Positions 1 through 9,537 of a stretch of DNA of 64,000 nucleotides are shown here, in pieces. The position numbers and the translations under genes were made by a program. This DNA comes from Candidatus Nealsonbacteria bacterium. Its GTDB lineage: Bacteria; Patescibacteriota; Minisyncoccia; Minisyncoccales; PWPS01. The notes under the pieces are model-generated. The model had not been told where the DNA came from and searched no databases. It saw only the letters and a program-made list of their open reading frames with translations. The first letter of the stretch is position 1; every line of letters starts with the position of its first letter. Location: positions 14,518 to 78,517 of the forward strand of contig PWEN01000033.1 of NCBI GenBank assembly GCA_003553505.1, written 5' to 3'.

Positions 1-972
1 ATAGAAGGATGGGCTTGCGATGAAAGAATAGCGCACTCTTCCATGATAGTAGAAGCTCCTTCTATAAACAGCTCGCGCGTGCTTGCAGTACGTCAAAAAG
101 TAAAGGAAAGCGATAAAAGATACGCCCTTACAGCGATCGGAGGAACACAAGTAGACACGCTCAGCTCTCTAGACGGAGCGCTTACAAGCTCAAACACAGA
201 GGCAGATACGGTAGAAACATGGTTTGAAGTAGGATACGAGGAATACGCCCTTACTGAAGAGTTCGCAAGAGAAACAAAGAGCGCCAGCGACCTAACAGAA
301 AGCTCGTATGCAGGAGACGAGCTGGTGCTTTTCTGGGACAGACAAACATCAGAAGAGGAATACAAAGAGGTGTATGGAGGAGAAACAATATACTACCGTT
401 TTGCCGCAAGTATAGACGGAAGCATTACAAGAGGTGAAACAGTAGAGTTTGAAGTTCCCGAGCCAGAGCCCGAGCCAGAGCCCGAAGACCCCATCATTCC
501 CGATCCCGAGCCAGAACCAGATGTTGATGACTACAATCAGTACGAAGACGCCTCCAATCGCCTCAAGCAGCAACTTTCCTGCATGAGAAGCGAGCTAGAT
601 AACGTACAAGAAGACGACAATAACCCCATAGGAAAAATATCTTACATATCTGATCACAGAATATACTACGGCACTTGCTCGTGGGTGCATGGAGATATTC
701 AGCCGGGAGGGTGTAGCTTCGACCACGGCACATCTTACGGACAAACAAGAATATCACCGCACTACGGAGGAAGAGGGTGCAATGAGTTGCAAAAATCTTT
801 TGCTGTCACATTCAGTGACATGGAAAACGCAGAAGAGATAATAAGGGCAGCAAAATCCTGCAATCCTTCAAGCTACATCTCTTACGTAACCCCAAGGTCT
901 TTTGGAGAAGACAAAACAACCCCACAGCTACAAGTGAGTATTGCTGGAAATTATAACTGCGGAACAAACTAA
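1..972 (+). CDS. hypothetical protein, 5'-partial; (Pro-Glu)n linker plus Cys-containing C-terminal domain
   Basis: The frame of listed ORF 43..972 stays open back to nt 1, so the gene probably starts upstream of the window. PEPEPEPEPEDPIIPDPEPEPD linker; six Cys in the last ~130 aa. Stop lies 5 nt before the next ATG (978). No family recognised. Confidence 0.55.
   Translation: MEGWACDERIAHSSMIVEAPSINSSRVLAVRQKVKESDKRYALTAIGGTQVDTLSSLDGALTSSNTEADTVETWFEVGYEEYALTEEFARETKSASDLTESSYAGDELVLFWDRQTSEEEYKEVYGGETIYYRFAASIDGSITRGETVEFEVPEPEPEPEPEDPIIPDPEPEPDVDDYNQYEDASNRLKQQLSCMRSELDNVQEDDNNPIGKISYISDHRIYYGTCSWVHGDIQPGGCSFDHGTSYGQTRISPHYGGRGCNELQKSFAVTFSDMENAEEIIRAAKSCNPSSYISYVTPRSFGEDKTTPQLQVSIAGNYNCGTN
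457..522 (+). repeat. coding low-complexity (CCN-GAR)n repeat encoding the PE linker
   Basis: cccgagccagagcccgagccagagcccgaagac...cccgagccagaaccagat read directly from the sequence. Confidence 0.8.
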
Positions 973-977
973 AAGAT

Positions 978-3900
978 ATGCTAAAAGAAAAAAAACGATC
1001 CACTTCCTTTTTACTACTAACTCTTGCACTTTTAATTGTTGCGGGAGGGGTGGGACTATTTCACCTTTTGAAAGATGAAGCAGAAGGAGAGTCTCGCGTT
1101 CACTACCCTACTCGCACAGAAGTCATTATTGAAGAAATAGAAGATCTGGTAGAAAACATAAAAAGAGGAGATGATGACGGAACAGCTTTTAGCGAAATAA
1201 TAGAGTCAATGGAGTCCGCAAACTGTGAAAACATGAACTCTATATGTGACACAGGAAATTGCGACCCCATGGAGGACGAGTTTCTTCCCGGAAGCTTTTG
1301 GGATGCAAAAGAAAAAGAGAAAGAGTTTATCGCTAAGCAAGAAGACATCAGAAAAAACAAGGAGCACTTCGCTTTTTTACAAAACATAATCAAAAAAGAG
1401 TTGGCACAAGAAGACGGAGGACTGCGAATGGAGCTTGAAAACATGAGAGAAGAAGGTCAAGAAGAGAAAGCTGACAGCATGGAAGAAGACTTGGAAGTTC
1501 TTCTTTTTATTATGGACCCCGAAGACGAAGAAACACAAGAAATAATAAGCGAGGAGTCTGTCACAAAAGGAGAACAAAGAATGGAGTCCTGGGGTATCGA
1601 TATGGGAATAATGGATATAATGGATAAATTTCTCTCCTTTGACTACTGGGGAGATGCCTGCATTTCTGCTTGTGAGACAGATTGGTGGTTTGAGTTTTGT
1701 GTAGGGCTACAAGTTGTACAAGAAAGCATAGATCTTATTTTCGAAATGGAGCTTGGTCTCGAAGACATGGAAATAGATCCCGTGGAAATAAGCAGTATTG
1801 ATCTCAATCTGCCCGGAGAAATAGACATTCCCGATCCAAAGCTATCTTTTGAGATCCCTATTCCCGATATAGGCGTAAGCTTTCCTCAAGCCACAATAGC
1901 AGAAGTGGGAGCAGGAGGTGCTTTAGATATGAGCATAAATCCCATAGAGCTTCCCTCCGTAAGAATACCTACTCCTATAAGAGAAAGAACTGAGCTTTGT
2001 CCTCAATATGAAAGCCCTGCTAGCGCGGGAAGCTTTGAAAGGCATGAAATGCAAGAAAGAATAGGCACAGTAGCTCTTGACTGGCACCTGCAGGTATACT
2101 CCTATCTTGCTCAAAGATGCATGGAGATTCCTTCCGCCGCCTTTACTAGAATGTACTGTCAAGACATTGAAGATGAAGGAGGAGTGGCAAGCGTTATAAG
2201 TGAGTGCGACACCAAGGATGCAGAAGACCTAGAAGAAGATTATGATTCAAGAAACATATGCTCTTTTGCCATCAGCGCAGACCATGTCTTCGATGCATGC
2301 AGAGACAATGAAGATGCAAAAGGATGTGATCGTGTACTGGACGCTCTTGCGGAAGGGAATGAAAAGTACGCTTGCACTGTTGCTCTTCAAGAAACATCTG
2401 TTGCTGGAGAAGGGTCTCCCACAGAAGGGACAATACTGCGTGAAATGACCATGGACGAAAGGTGCTTTGATCCTGACGAGCTGGTTCCAACAATCAACAA
2501 CACATGCGAATATATATGGAGCGAGTACAGTGAGACGTGGATGTTTACAGACATATTTCGTGAAATGGACAGAGTAGATCTGCTTTTTATTGACGATTAC
2601 GAGGAGTGGTACGACTTTTTTGAGTGGCTAGAAAATTATCCTCTCAACATCGGTCCCAGCTACTCTCAACTAGAGTGGGAAAAGGTGTTTTTTGATGTCT
2701 CCACAGGAACAATAACAAGCTACAAGAACAACTTCAGTACATGGAACAGCAACATAGAGTGGGTCGAAGTAAGAACAGAAGAAGAGTGCGAGACCGATGA
2801 GTATGGAAATGAACATTGTGAAGAGTTCTCGGTAGGATATTACGATCCATGGCACCCAGACCAGTACTCCAACTGGCGTGAAGCGCTAGAAGGCGAAGAG
2901 GGAGCTGTTCCGTTCGAAGCAAAACTTGAAAGCATATGGCACGAATTTCCAGATAGTGGAAGTGTTCAGACATGGGGAAGCTCTCTTCCCTCGGGGTCCG
3001 GGAGGCGCTACGAGTCAGGATACTCTTATAGGCAGTTCGACAAAGATATTCCCGGCTCAATAATAAGCGCGATAAACGAGTTTCTGAGCGAAGACATAGA
3101 AGACATGTTTGAGTTTGTTTTTGAAGAAGAGATCGGGATTTATGCAGACGACAAAACGTCCTGGGCTCTTTTCTTTGATTTTGTTGATGAAGATTTCGAT
3201 GAAGAAGATGAAGGATTTAATTTGGAGAAAATATGGGAAGAGCTTTTCGAGCTCATGGATGAAAGGCCTGACATCCGCGGCGGAATAGTAAGAGAAGATA
3301 AGTTCGGACAGTATGAGCTTCACAGGTTTCTTAAAGAAGAAGAGGTAAAAGAGGAAGACTTAACAGAAGAGTTTGAAGATTATACAGACATATATCCTCT
3401 TCCTCAAGAAATACTAGTACCCCCCAGAATATGTCAGGAAGTCGGAGTGATCGAGGAAGTGGAAGAAGAAATAGATATAGAGATAGATGAAAAATGGCAA
3501 GAACATCAGATGTACAACTACTATCTCATAGACTTCTTTGGAAACTACTTTATTCCTTTTGTAAACACCGCAGCGTTAAGCATGGACCTGGCAGACAAAT
3601 TTAGTGATCTTTACGATATCATTGACGACAAATATGAACGCCTATCTTTTGTAAACTCTTACGGAATATATAAGTTCCTGTCAGAGAATGAACTTATAAA
3701 TGAAAGCTTTGACAACCTTCCTGACTCCGCCGTAGAGTATGAAGACTATGATATTCCTGAAAGCGACTACGACATACCGGACAATTTTTATGAGTGTCGT
3801 GCAGAAGGAGGGTCCGAAGATGATTGCGAAGAATACGCCATACCGCACCAAGAATACATGGATGAATACTACAACGCAACAGGTGGTGTAGGCCATGAAG

Positions 3901-6900
3901 CTGACCAGGACGAGAGGATGTTTCACTTCATAGAAAATTACGAAAACTGGGAAGGGTATGCAGAATATCTTAATCTTTGGGATGATTATGTCGAAATACT
4001 AAAAGACATGGGTACTAGCGAGTTTGGTTTGTTCGATAGATACTCCAGCCATGCAGGCAATTGGAGTGAGTACGAAAAGTTTTTTGAATATTTAACAACA
4101 AGCAGTCCCGGAATCTTTGAAGAATACTCTGAATACGCAAACAACTGGAGTGACTACGAAGATTTTTTCCTCGAAGAGAACGAGGAGGGGGATGAAGAAA
4201 AAGGAGAGCTTTGGGATGCCTATGAAGATTTTATCGATGAAGATAAGGAGTATCCCGACAATCTTATCGAGTTCATAGTTACAGCAGAACAGTGGGAAAG
4301 CTTCCTGGTGTTCGTAGAAGAAGAGAACTTGATGGACGAAAACTACGACTTTCTCATAGATGAAAACAGATTAAGTGCATCTGAAGTGCAAGACATCGAA
4401 GATGATGCAGAAGAAAACCTACTCTCTATTATAGAGGATAGAGGGTACTTTCCTCTTTTTGAAAACTTTCTTGCAGAAAACAGCCACCTACTAAAAGATG
4501 TTCCCGAGTTTCTTATAGAAGAACAGTTAACGCCACAAGAGATGCAAGACGAAAACATAGATTCGGGAGATATGTTTAATCAGTTCGCCTATCTCATAAT
4601 AGGAGAAGATCCTCTCTACGAGTACTTAGAGTTCCTTTCCCGCCACGACATCTCTTCCTTGTCCAGGCTAAGCGGCTATGAAGAAGATGCGGAAGAGTGG
4701 CACATTGGGCCATTTGGAGAGCCATATCAAGAATCTCTTTTTGAGATATGGCAAGAAGAGGAACCGAGCGAGCCACCCATGGACATTCCACCCTACAAAA
4801 ATGAGATACCTTTTCTTCCTACTCCTGTTGATGTTTGCGACATAGTAGAAGATGAATATCCTCCAGGAGAACCAACTTGCCAAGAGGTGGTAGCTGTCCA
4901 GGAAGAATATGTAGAAATGATGATGGAGTATCTTAGAGTATACTGGCAAGAACAAATTGTGTTTGATGATAGATTAAATCAATTTGGTTTTTATGAGATA
5001 TGGGAAAAATTCTTAGAGTTTCTTAGCATAAACAAGCTTTGGGACGAATTTCTTGTCCAAGCAGAAGACGACTGGTATATAAGAAATTCTGGGCTAAACA
5101 GCTCTCTTCGATTTCTTGATGACCAGAGAGAGTTCGAAAATTTCGTAAACTACATGAAGAACCCTGATGCAGAGATATATCCTCGCACATATAGCATGAC
5201 AAGAGAAGACCTTCTTTGGCGCAAAGCCGGAATAGGAGGAGGATTTTATGGGTCCATGCACGGTTACTGGCATGCTTGGCACGGAGATTACTGGGACAGA
5301 ATATGGGTACAAGAAATACTAGACAACCCTCGTGCTCCCCGGCAACTTGAAACATTCTGGGAAGAAGATGAGCTCTGGTTTCGAATGTGGGAAGACTATG
5401 AAGCCGTACAGCCGTCTCCTATACACGATCCAAGCCTTCAACTAGAAGAAGATGCTGATATCGGAAATGTGCACCTTTTCGAGGCGTTTCATAAGACCGT
5501 AATAGACTACGGCATAAAAACAGATGAAGTATTTAATCTCGAGCTGGACGATGGCAAAAGCGAAAGTGTGATGGACATGACAAAAAAAGATTATCGCGCA
5601 CCAACTTACAAAACACACCTCATGAGAATGGAGGAAGGATACGAAGCACTAAGAGACAATCTTTCTTGGTGGGAATTTGGCCTAGATCCAAAATTGCGCA
5701 TAGCAGCAAAAGAAAGGTTTACAATAGATATGATGGACAAGCTAGTTCCGGCACGCAGCGAAGAAAAAGCAATAGCAAGAGCATGTACTGACCTCTATCT
5801 AAACAGAGGAGAAACCCCTCCCGCCTCTTGTGAAAACAGCCCCTTAAGCGCTTTAAGAAGCAAGTGTAAAGCGGTTCTTCACGAAGAAGAGGAAAGAGAT
5901 CCCGCTCTTCGCGTAAGAATGCCTCAGCCCTGCGCTATCCTTCCTCTTTTTGAAAACTATCTCGACGTTCTCGTAGACGAGTTTGATCCGAGTATAGGAG
6001 GTGGCATGGTCTCAAGAGGAGGAGGAGAGCTTACGGGATATCCTTCAGAAGGAAGCTTTACCGGCTGTGGCTCTGTCTCCGGAAGCGTTCCTGGAGCCCC
6101 AGAAATTCCGGAGATACCCGTAATTCCTCTTTCAGATTACAGTGTTGAAATACCAGACATTGAAACGCCTAATTTTGGATTATCAGGAATTCTGGAAGTA
6201 ACCCTCCCTGATGTAATCATAGAAGACCTTACTTTCCCGGACATAGAACTTTGCGATTTAAGTGACTGTCAGGACTTCTTAGACATCTTTCCTTCCATTA
6301 TAGAGTTGATACCTTCCTTGGAGAACATTTACATCCCCACCCCCGCGATAGTGCCCAATCCGCTAACTCTTGATAGCGCAACTGCGCAAGTGAGTGGACA
6401 CGGAGCCATAACAGTTCCTTTACCTGATGTTCACATAGGAGAAGTAAATCTTCCCTCTGTTCTCTTGGACATTCCACAGCTCCCGGAGATAACACCTATA
6501 TCTATATCTTCTCCCGAGTATGATCTTCCCAGCCTTGAAATACCAGAGCCATATGTAGAGTTTAACTGGGGAGGGTTCGATGTAGATGTTGGTTCTGCAA
6601 TTGTAGGAGCAATATTAAACTATTTTGGTTTTAGTGGCGGAAGTCTTTGCGCTAGCGCTGGCGGAGTAAACTTTCTTCCTTTAAGCATAGGGTTTGAAGA
6701 TTATCATGTTCAGTGGCCAGACTTTCCAAAGATACCCGAAATTCCTCTTTGTCGTAACGCGCGTCAGTTCTGCAGAGACGCTGCCAACAGCCTGCAAGAT
6801 GTCATCGATGAACTCGAAGAGATAATGAGAGAAGTAGAGGAAGAGATACAAGAGGCATTATCAATGCCCGCTGATGCAACAGCAAAGCTAGAAGACCTAA

Positions 6901-7328
6901 TAAACGAAGAAGTGCAAGACTTGGAGGATAGCGTGAACAATTACATTCAAAGCACGCACATAGAAGGAGAGCTTATAGGAGAAACGATAAGATTGGACTC
7001 TTACACTATACCAACAGAAGACATAGAAATAGACGTTTATCTTTCCGATTTAATAGAAGATATGCCAAGCAGCGTAGAGGTTTTGGACGAAGAAGACAGG
7101 ACGGTAGAGCTCACAAACCCCATTGAGATTGAAATGCCCACCATTCCACTTGACGACCTAAGCACTACCTGGGAATATATTGTCGAGCTTCCTGCACTTC
7201 AAGGAATAGATGGCGGTGCTGAATTTGATTGGGGAGAATGCGAGATAGGACCTGTAGAGTATGATGACGTCTATGACTGGGAGCCGTTCGAGCTAGAAGG
7301 AATAGAGATAGAAGTAGAAACTTTCTAG
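978..7328 (+). CDS. giant (2116 aa) hyper-acidic membrane-anchored protein, no recognised domain
   Basis: Uninterrupted 6.35-kb ORF. N-terminal Lys-rich stretch then hydrophobic helix (STSFLLLTLALLIVAGGVGLFHLL). Composition visibly dominated by Glu/Asp with many Trp/Tyr/Phe. Short (I/L)P(D/E) motif clusters near both ends. Gly-rich hydrophobic segment VGSAIVGAILNYFGFSGGSLCASAGGV near the C-terminus. Intrinsic terminator follows. Confidence 0.85.
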   Translation: MLKEKKRSTSFLLLTLALLIVAGGVGLFHLLKDEAEGESRVHYPTRTEVIIEEIEDLVENIKRGDDDGTAFSEIIESMESANCENMNSICDTGNCDPMEDEFLPGSFWDAKEKEKEFIAKQEDIRKNKEHFAFLQNIIKKELAQEDGGLRMELENMREEGQEEKADSMEEDLEVLLFIMDPEDEETQEIISEESVTKGEQRMESWGIDMGIMDIMDKFLSFDYWGDACISACETDWWFEFCVGLQVVQESIDLIFEMELGLEDMEIDPVEISSIDLNLPGEIDIPDPKLSFEIPIPDIGVSFPQATIAEVGAGGALDMSINPIELPSVRIPTPIRERTELCPQYESPASAGSFERHEMQERIGTVALDWHLQVYSYLAQRCMEIPSAAFTRMYCQDIEDEGGVASVISECDTKDAEDLEEDYDSRNICSFAISADHVFDACRDNEDAKGCDRVLDALAEGNEKYACTVALQETSVAGEGSPTEGTILREMTMDERCFDPDELVPTINNTCEYIWSEYSETWMFTDIFREMDRVDLLFIDDYEEWYDFFEWLENYPLNIGPSYSQLEWEKVFFDVSTGTITSYKNNFSTWNSNIEWVEVRTEEECETDEYGNEHCEEFSVGYYDPWHPDQYSNWREALEGEEGAVPFEAKLESIWHEFPDSGSVQTWGSSLPSGSGRRYESGYSYRQFDKDIPGSIISAINEFLSEDIEDMFEFVFEEEIGIYADDKTSWALFFDFVDEDFDEEDEGFNLEKIWEELFELMDERPDIRGGIVREDKFGQYELHRFLKEEEVKEEDLTEEFEDYTDIYPLPQEILVPPRICQEVGVIEEVEEEIDIEIDEKWQEHQMYNYYLIDFFGNYFIPFVNTAALSMDLADKFSDLYDIIDDKYERLSFVNSYGIYKFLSENELINESFDNLPDSAVEYEDYDIPESDYDIPDNFYECRAEGGSEDDCEEYAIPHQEYMDEYYNATGGVGHEADQDERMFHFIENYENWEGYAEYLNLWDDYVEILKDMGTSEFGLFDRYSSHAGNWSEYEKFFEYLTTSSPGIFEEYSEYANNWSDYEDFFLEENEEGDEEKGELWDAYEDFIDEDKEYPDNLIEFIVTAEQWESFLVFVEEENLMDENYDFLIDENRLSASEVQDIEDDAEENLLSIIEDRGYFPLFENFLAENSHLLKDVPEFLIEEQLTPQEMQDENIDSGDMFNQFAYLIIGEDPLYEYLEFLSRHDISSLSRLSGYEEDAEEWHIGPFGEPYQESLFEIWQEEEPSEPPMDIPPYKNEIPFLPTPVDVCDIVEDEYPPGEPTCQEVVAVQEEYVEMMMEYLRVYWQEQIVFDDRLNQFGFYEIWEKFLEFLSINKLWDEFLVQAEDDWYIRNSGLNSSLRFLDDQREFENFVNYMKNPDAEIYPRTYSMTREDLLWRKAGIGGGFYGSMHGYWHAWHGDYWDRIWVQEILDNPRAPRQLETFWEEDELWFRMWEDYEAVQPSPIHDPSLQLEEDADIGNVHLFEAFHKTVIDYGIKTDEVFNLELDDGKSESVMDMTKKDYRAPTYKTHLMRMEEGYEALRDNLSWWEFGLDPKLRIAAKERFTIDMMDKLVPARSEEKAIARACTDLYLNRGETPPASCENSPLSALRSKCKAVLHEEEERDPALRVRMPQPCAILPLFENYLDVLVDEFDPSIGGGMVSRGGGELTGYPSEGSFTGCGSVSGSVPGAPEIPEIPVIPLSDYSVEIPDIETPNFGLSGILEVTLPDVIIEDLTFPDIELCDLSDCQDFLDIFPSIIELIPSLENIYIPTPAIVPNPLTLDSATAQVSGHGAITVPLPDVHIGEVNLPSVLLDIPQLPEITPISISSPEYDLPSLEIPEPYVEFNWGGFDVDVGSAIVGAILNYFGFSGGSLCASAGGVNFLPLSIGFEDYHVQWPDFPKIPEIPLCRNARQFCRDAANSLQDVIDELEEIMREVEEEIQEALSMPADATAKLEDLINEEVQDLEDSVNNYIQSTHIEGELIGETIRLDSYTIPTEDIEIDVYLSDLIEDMPSSVEVLDEEDRTVELTNPIEIEMPTIPLDDLSTTWEYIVELPALQGIDGGAEFDWGECEIGPVEYDDVYDWEPFELEGIEIEVETF

Positions 7329-7343
7329 TTGATAAACACAAGT

Positions 7344-7370
7344 AGGCGCTTCTTTTAGAAGCGCCTTTTG
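7344..7370 (+). terminator. rho-independent terminator after the giant gene
   Basis: aggcgcttct-ttt-agaagcgcct perfect 10-bp stem followed by ttttg. Confidence 0.8.
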
Positions 7371-7379
7371 TGTTAAAAT
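7371..7379 (+). promoter_or_regulatory. extended -10 element (TGtTAAAAT) for rsmA; spacing implies a leaderless mRNA
   Basis: tgttaaaat ends 7 nt before the A of the rsmA ATG (7386); no Shine-Dalgarno possible. Confidence 0.45.
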
Positions 7380-7385
7380 AAAAAT

Positions 7386-8216
7386 ATGAAACTAAACAGG
7401 AAAAAAGCGCTGCAAATCCTTTTGAGTAGACACGCTACAAAACCTTTGAAGTCTCTCGGGCAAAACTTTCTTCTCGACGAAAGTGTACTACACGAGATAT
7501 GCTCTGCTGCAAGACTAAGAAAAAAAGATACCGTTATAGAGATAGGCCCCGGAGCAGGCATACTCACTCTTTGTCTCGCAAAAAAGGCAAAGAGGGTTAT
7601 CGCTATAGAAAAAGACCCTAAAATGATCGCCGCCCTAAAAGAAACAACAAAAAAGAACAAAAACATAAAGATGCTCAACGAAGATGCTCTTTATTCAAAA
7701 ATAAGAACAAAAAATCGCAAACTGATTGCAAACTTGCCTTACTATGTCGCCACACAAATAATAAAAAAGTTTCTCACAAAAAACCTTCCTCCTTCCGTAA
7801 TGGTCGTAATGGTTCAAAAAGAAGTAGCGGAAAGAATGATGGCAAAGCCCCCAAAAATGAATATGCTCTCATCTTTTGTTCAATCACTTTCAAGAGTAGA
7901 AAAAATAAAAATAGTAAAAAAAGGGTCTTTTTGGCCCCCTCCCAAGGTAGATTCTACAGTAATAAGAATATCTCCTTTTAAAAAAAGAGAAACTAAAAAT
8001 TTTTACAAAACACTGTTTTTTTTGCTAAAAACGGGATTTTCTCATCCCCGCAAGCAGTTGTCAGCAAACTTTTCCCGTACGGGAGAGCTAAAAGAACAGA
8101 TTTTTCTCGCTGCAAAAAAATCAGAAATAGACACAAAAAGAAGAGCGGAGAGCTTGTCTGTAGAAGAGTGGAGCAAGATAACAAAAGCACTTCTTTATTT
8201 GCAGGGAAATAAATAA
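7386..8216 (+). CDS. rsmA: 16S rRNA (adenine1518/1519-N6)-dimethyltransferase RsmA/KsgA
   Basis: LGQNFLLDESV... and SAM-binding VIEIGPGAGILT motifs typical of KsgA; 276 aa. Confidence 0.9.
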   Translation: MKLNRKKALQILLSRHATKPLKSLGQNFLLDESVLHEICSAARLRKKDTVIEIGPGAGILTLCLAKKAKRVIAIEKDPKMIAALKETTKKNKNIKMLNEDALYSKIRTKNRKLIANLPYYVATQIIKKFLTKNLPPSVMVVMVQKEVAERMMAKPPKMNMLSSFVQSLSRVEKIKIVKKGSFWPPPKVDSTVIRISPFKKRETKNFYKTLFFLLKTGFSHPRKQLSANFSRTGELKEQIFLAAKKSEIDTKRRAESLSVEEWSKITKALLYLQGNK

Positions 8217-8217
8217 G

Positions 8218-9537
8218 ATGATAATCTTTTCAAAAGTACTTGATTTGCAAAAAATGAAAAAAATCTCAACCAAAAAAATACTTTTTTTGCTTCTTGTTTT
8301 CTCTGTTTTTTTTGTTTTTGCAACAGAAATACACGCTGATGACGAAAGAGAACCGAGGCCTCTCGAGATTGAAGATTATCCTTTCGTTGACCCGGCCCCG
8401 GAAGAAACCGATCATGGAGTAGGAGAATATATCGCTTATATCTTCAATGCTGCCGTATTTCTGGTGGGGGGACTGTTGTTTGCATCTCTTATATATCACG
8501 GCGTGCTTTACATGCTCTCCTCGGGTGATCCGGGAAAGGCGGGCGCCGCAATAGGAGGAGTAAAGTCCGCTTTTGTAGGAGCAGTTATACTCGTTTTCTC
8601 TTACCTTATACTCCAAACAATAAACCCGGAGTTGCTTGATGTAGACCTTGAAGACCTAGACCCTATACAGCCAGAGCCCCTCCCTGCAGGACCTTATGTT
8701 TGTAACTTTCCTCTACCAAATGTAAATTCCATAGTTAGTGGGTACAGGGGCGGAGAAGAATCTAGGGCAGAGGCCATTCTAAGTCTTCACGAAAAGGTGA
8801 GAGAGGAGTCTTTAGATAATCCCGAAGCCAACTGTGAAATCGTAACCAGCACAAGAGAAACAATACTTGAAGGAGACGGGCTGGAGAACACATACTTTGT
8901 CATCCCTTCTATAAAAGAAGAAGGGTCAGTGCTAGAAATAGAACACGGGATAATATTTTTTGGAGACAAAAACGGACTGGAGAACGCCATGTCGCGAAGC
9001 GGATCAAGGTGTCAGATACAACTCGGAGGACCACAAGAAGACGAATATTTTCCCGATGGCATGGAGGTAGGGCCTCATAAAAACTTTAATCTATTGAATT
9101 GGAGAAACAGAGCTTACTCTCTGTCTCCTATAAAAATGTATGTTGATGCCGATGTTACTGCAGAAGTAACTTTTTACGAAGGACACGAATATAATCAACC
9201 TGTTGCTAAAAATGCAGATTTCGAGGGAGATGAGATGGAAGAGTGGACAAAGCAAATAACAAATGGCGAAGAAATAACGGTATTAGATCGTGGAGATTTC
9301 CAAGCAGAAGACTTTCATTGTCAGGACGGCTCTTGTGGAGTAAGGTCTATGCAAGTTGAGAACGCATTTGTTGTTTTTTACGACGACAGAGATTGTTACA
9401 TATTCACCTCAAATAAAAAATATCTTCAAGAGACACTTCCGTCATCAAGAGAAGGCTGGTTTGGAGCCACAGACAGAGGCTTTGACAGAAATACGGACTT
9501 TGATAATGTGCTGATAATAAAAGGAGAAATAAGATAA
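8218..9537 (+). CDS. TrbC/VirB2-like pilin domain fused to a ~300-aa C-terminal soluble domain
   Basis: Signal-like N-terminus (alternative start 8254, MKKISTKKILFLLLVFSVFFVFA). Two hydrophobic helices flank the SSGDPGKAGAAIGGVK loop, the same architecture as the three small pilins at 38.7-39.8 kb. A long Cys-containing C-terminal extension follows. Confidence 0.6.
   Translation: MIIFSKVLDLQKMKKISTKKILFLLLVFSVFFVFATEIHADDEREPRPLEIEDYPFVDPAPEETDHGVGEYIAYIFNAAVFLVGGLLFASLIYHGVLYMLSSGDPGKAGAAIGGVKSAFVGAVILVFSYLILQTINPELLDVDLEDLDPIQPEPLPAGPYVCNFPLPNVNSIVSGYRGGEESRAEAILSLHEKVREESLDNPEANCEIVTSTRETILEGDGLENTYFVIPSIKEEGSVLEIEHGIIFFGDKNGLENAMSRSGSRCQIQLGGPQEDEYFPDGMEVGPHKNFNLLNWRNRAYSLSPIKMYVDADVTAEVTFYEGHEYNQPVAKNADFEGDEMEEWTKQITNGEEITVLDRGDFQAEDFHCQDGSCGVRSMQVENAFVVFYDDRDCYIFTSNKKYLQETLPSSREGWFGATDRGFDRNTDFDNVLIIKGEIR

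Noticed and set aside
457-522. Short tandem nucleotide repeats (PE linker at 457-522; SQSP repeat at about 11575-11625) as possible CRISPR or VNTR elements
   Set aside because: Both are in-frame low-complexity coding repeats of 6-12 nt units without spacer structure. No CRISPR-like repeat-spacer array was seen anywhere in the window.
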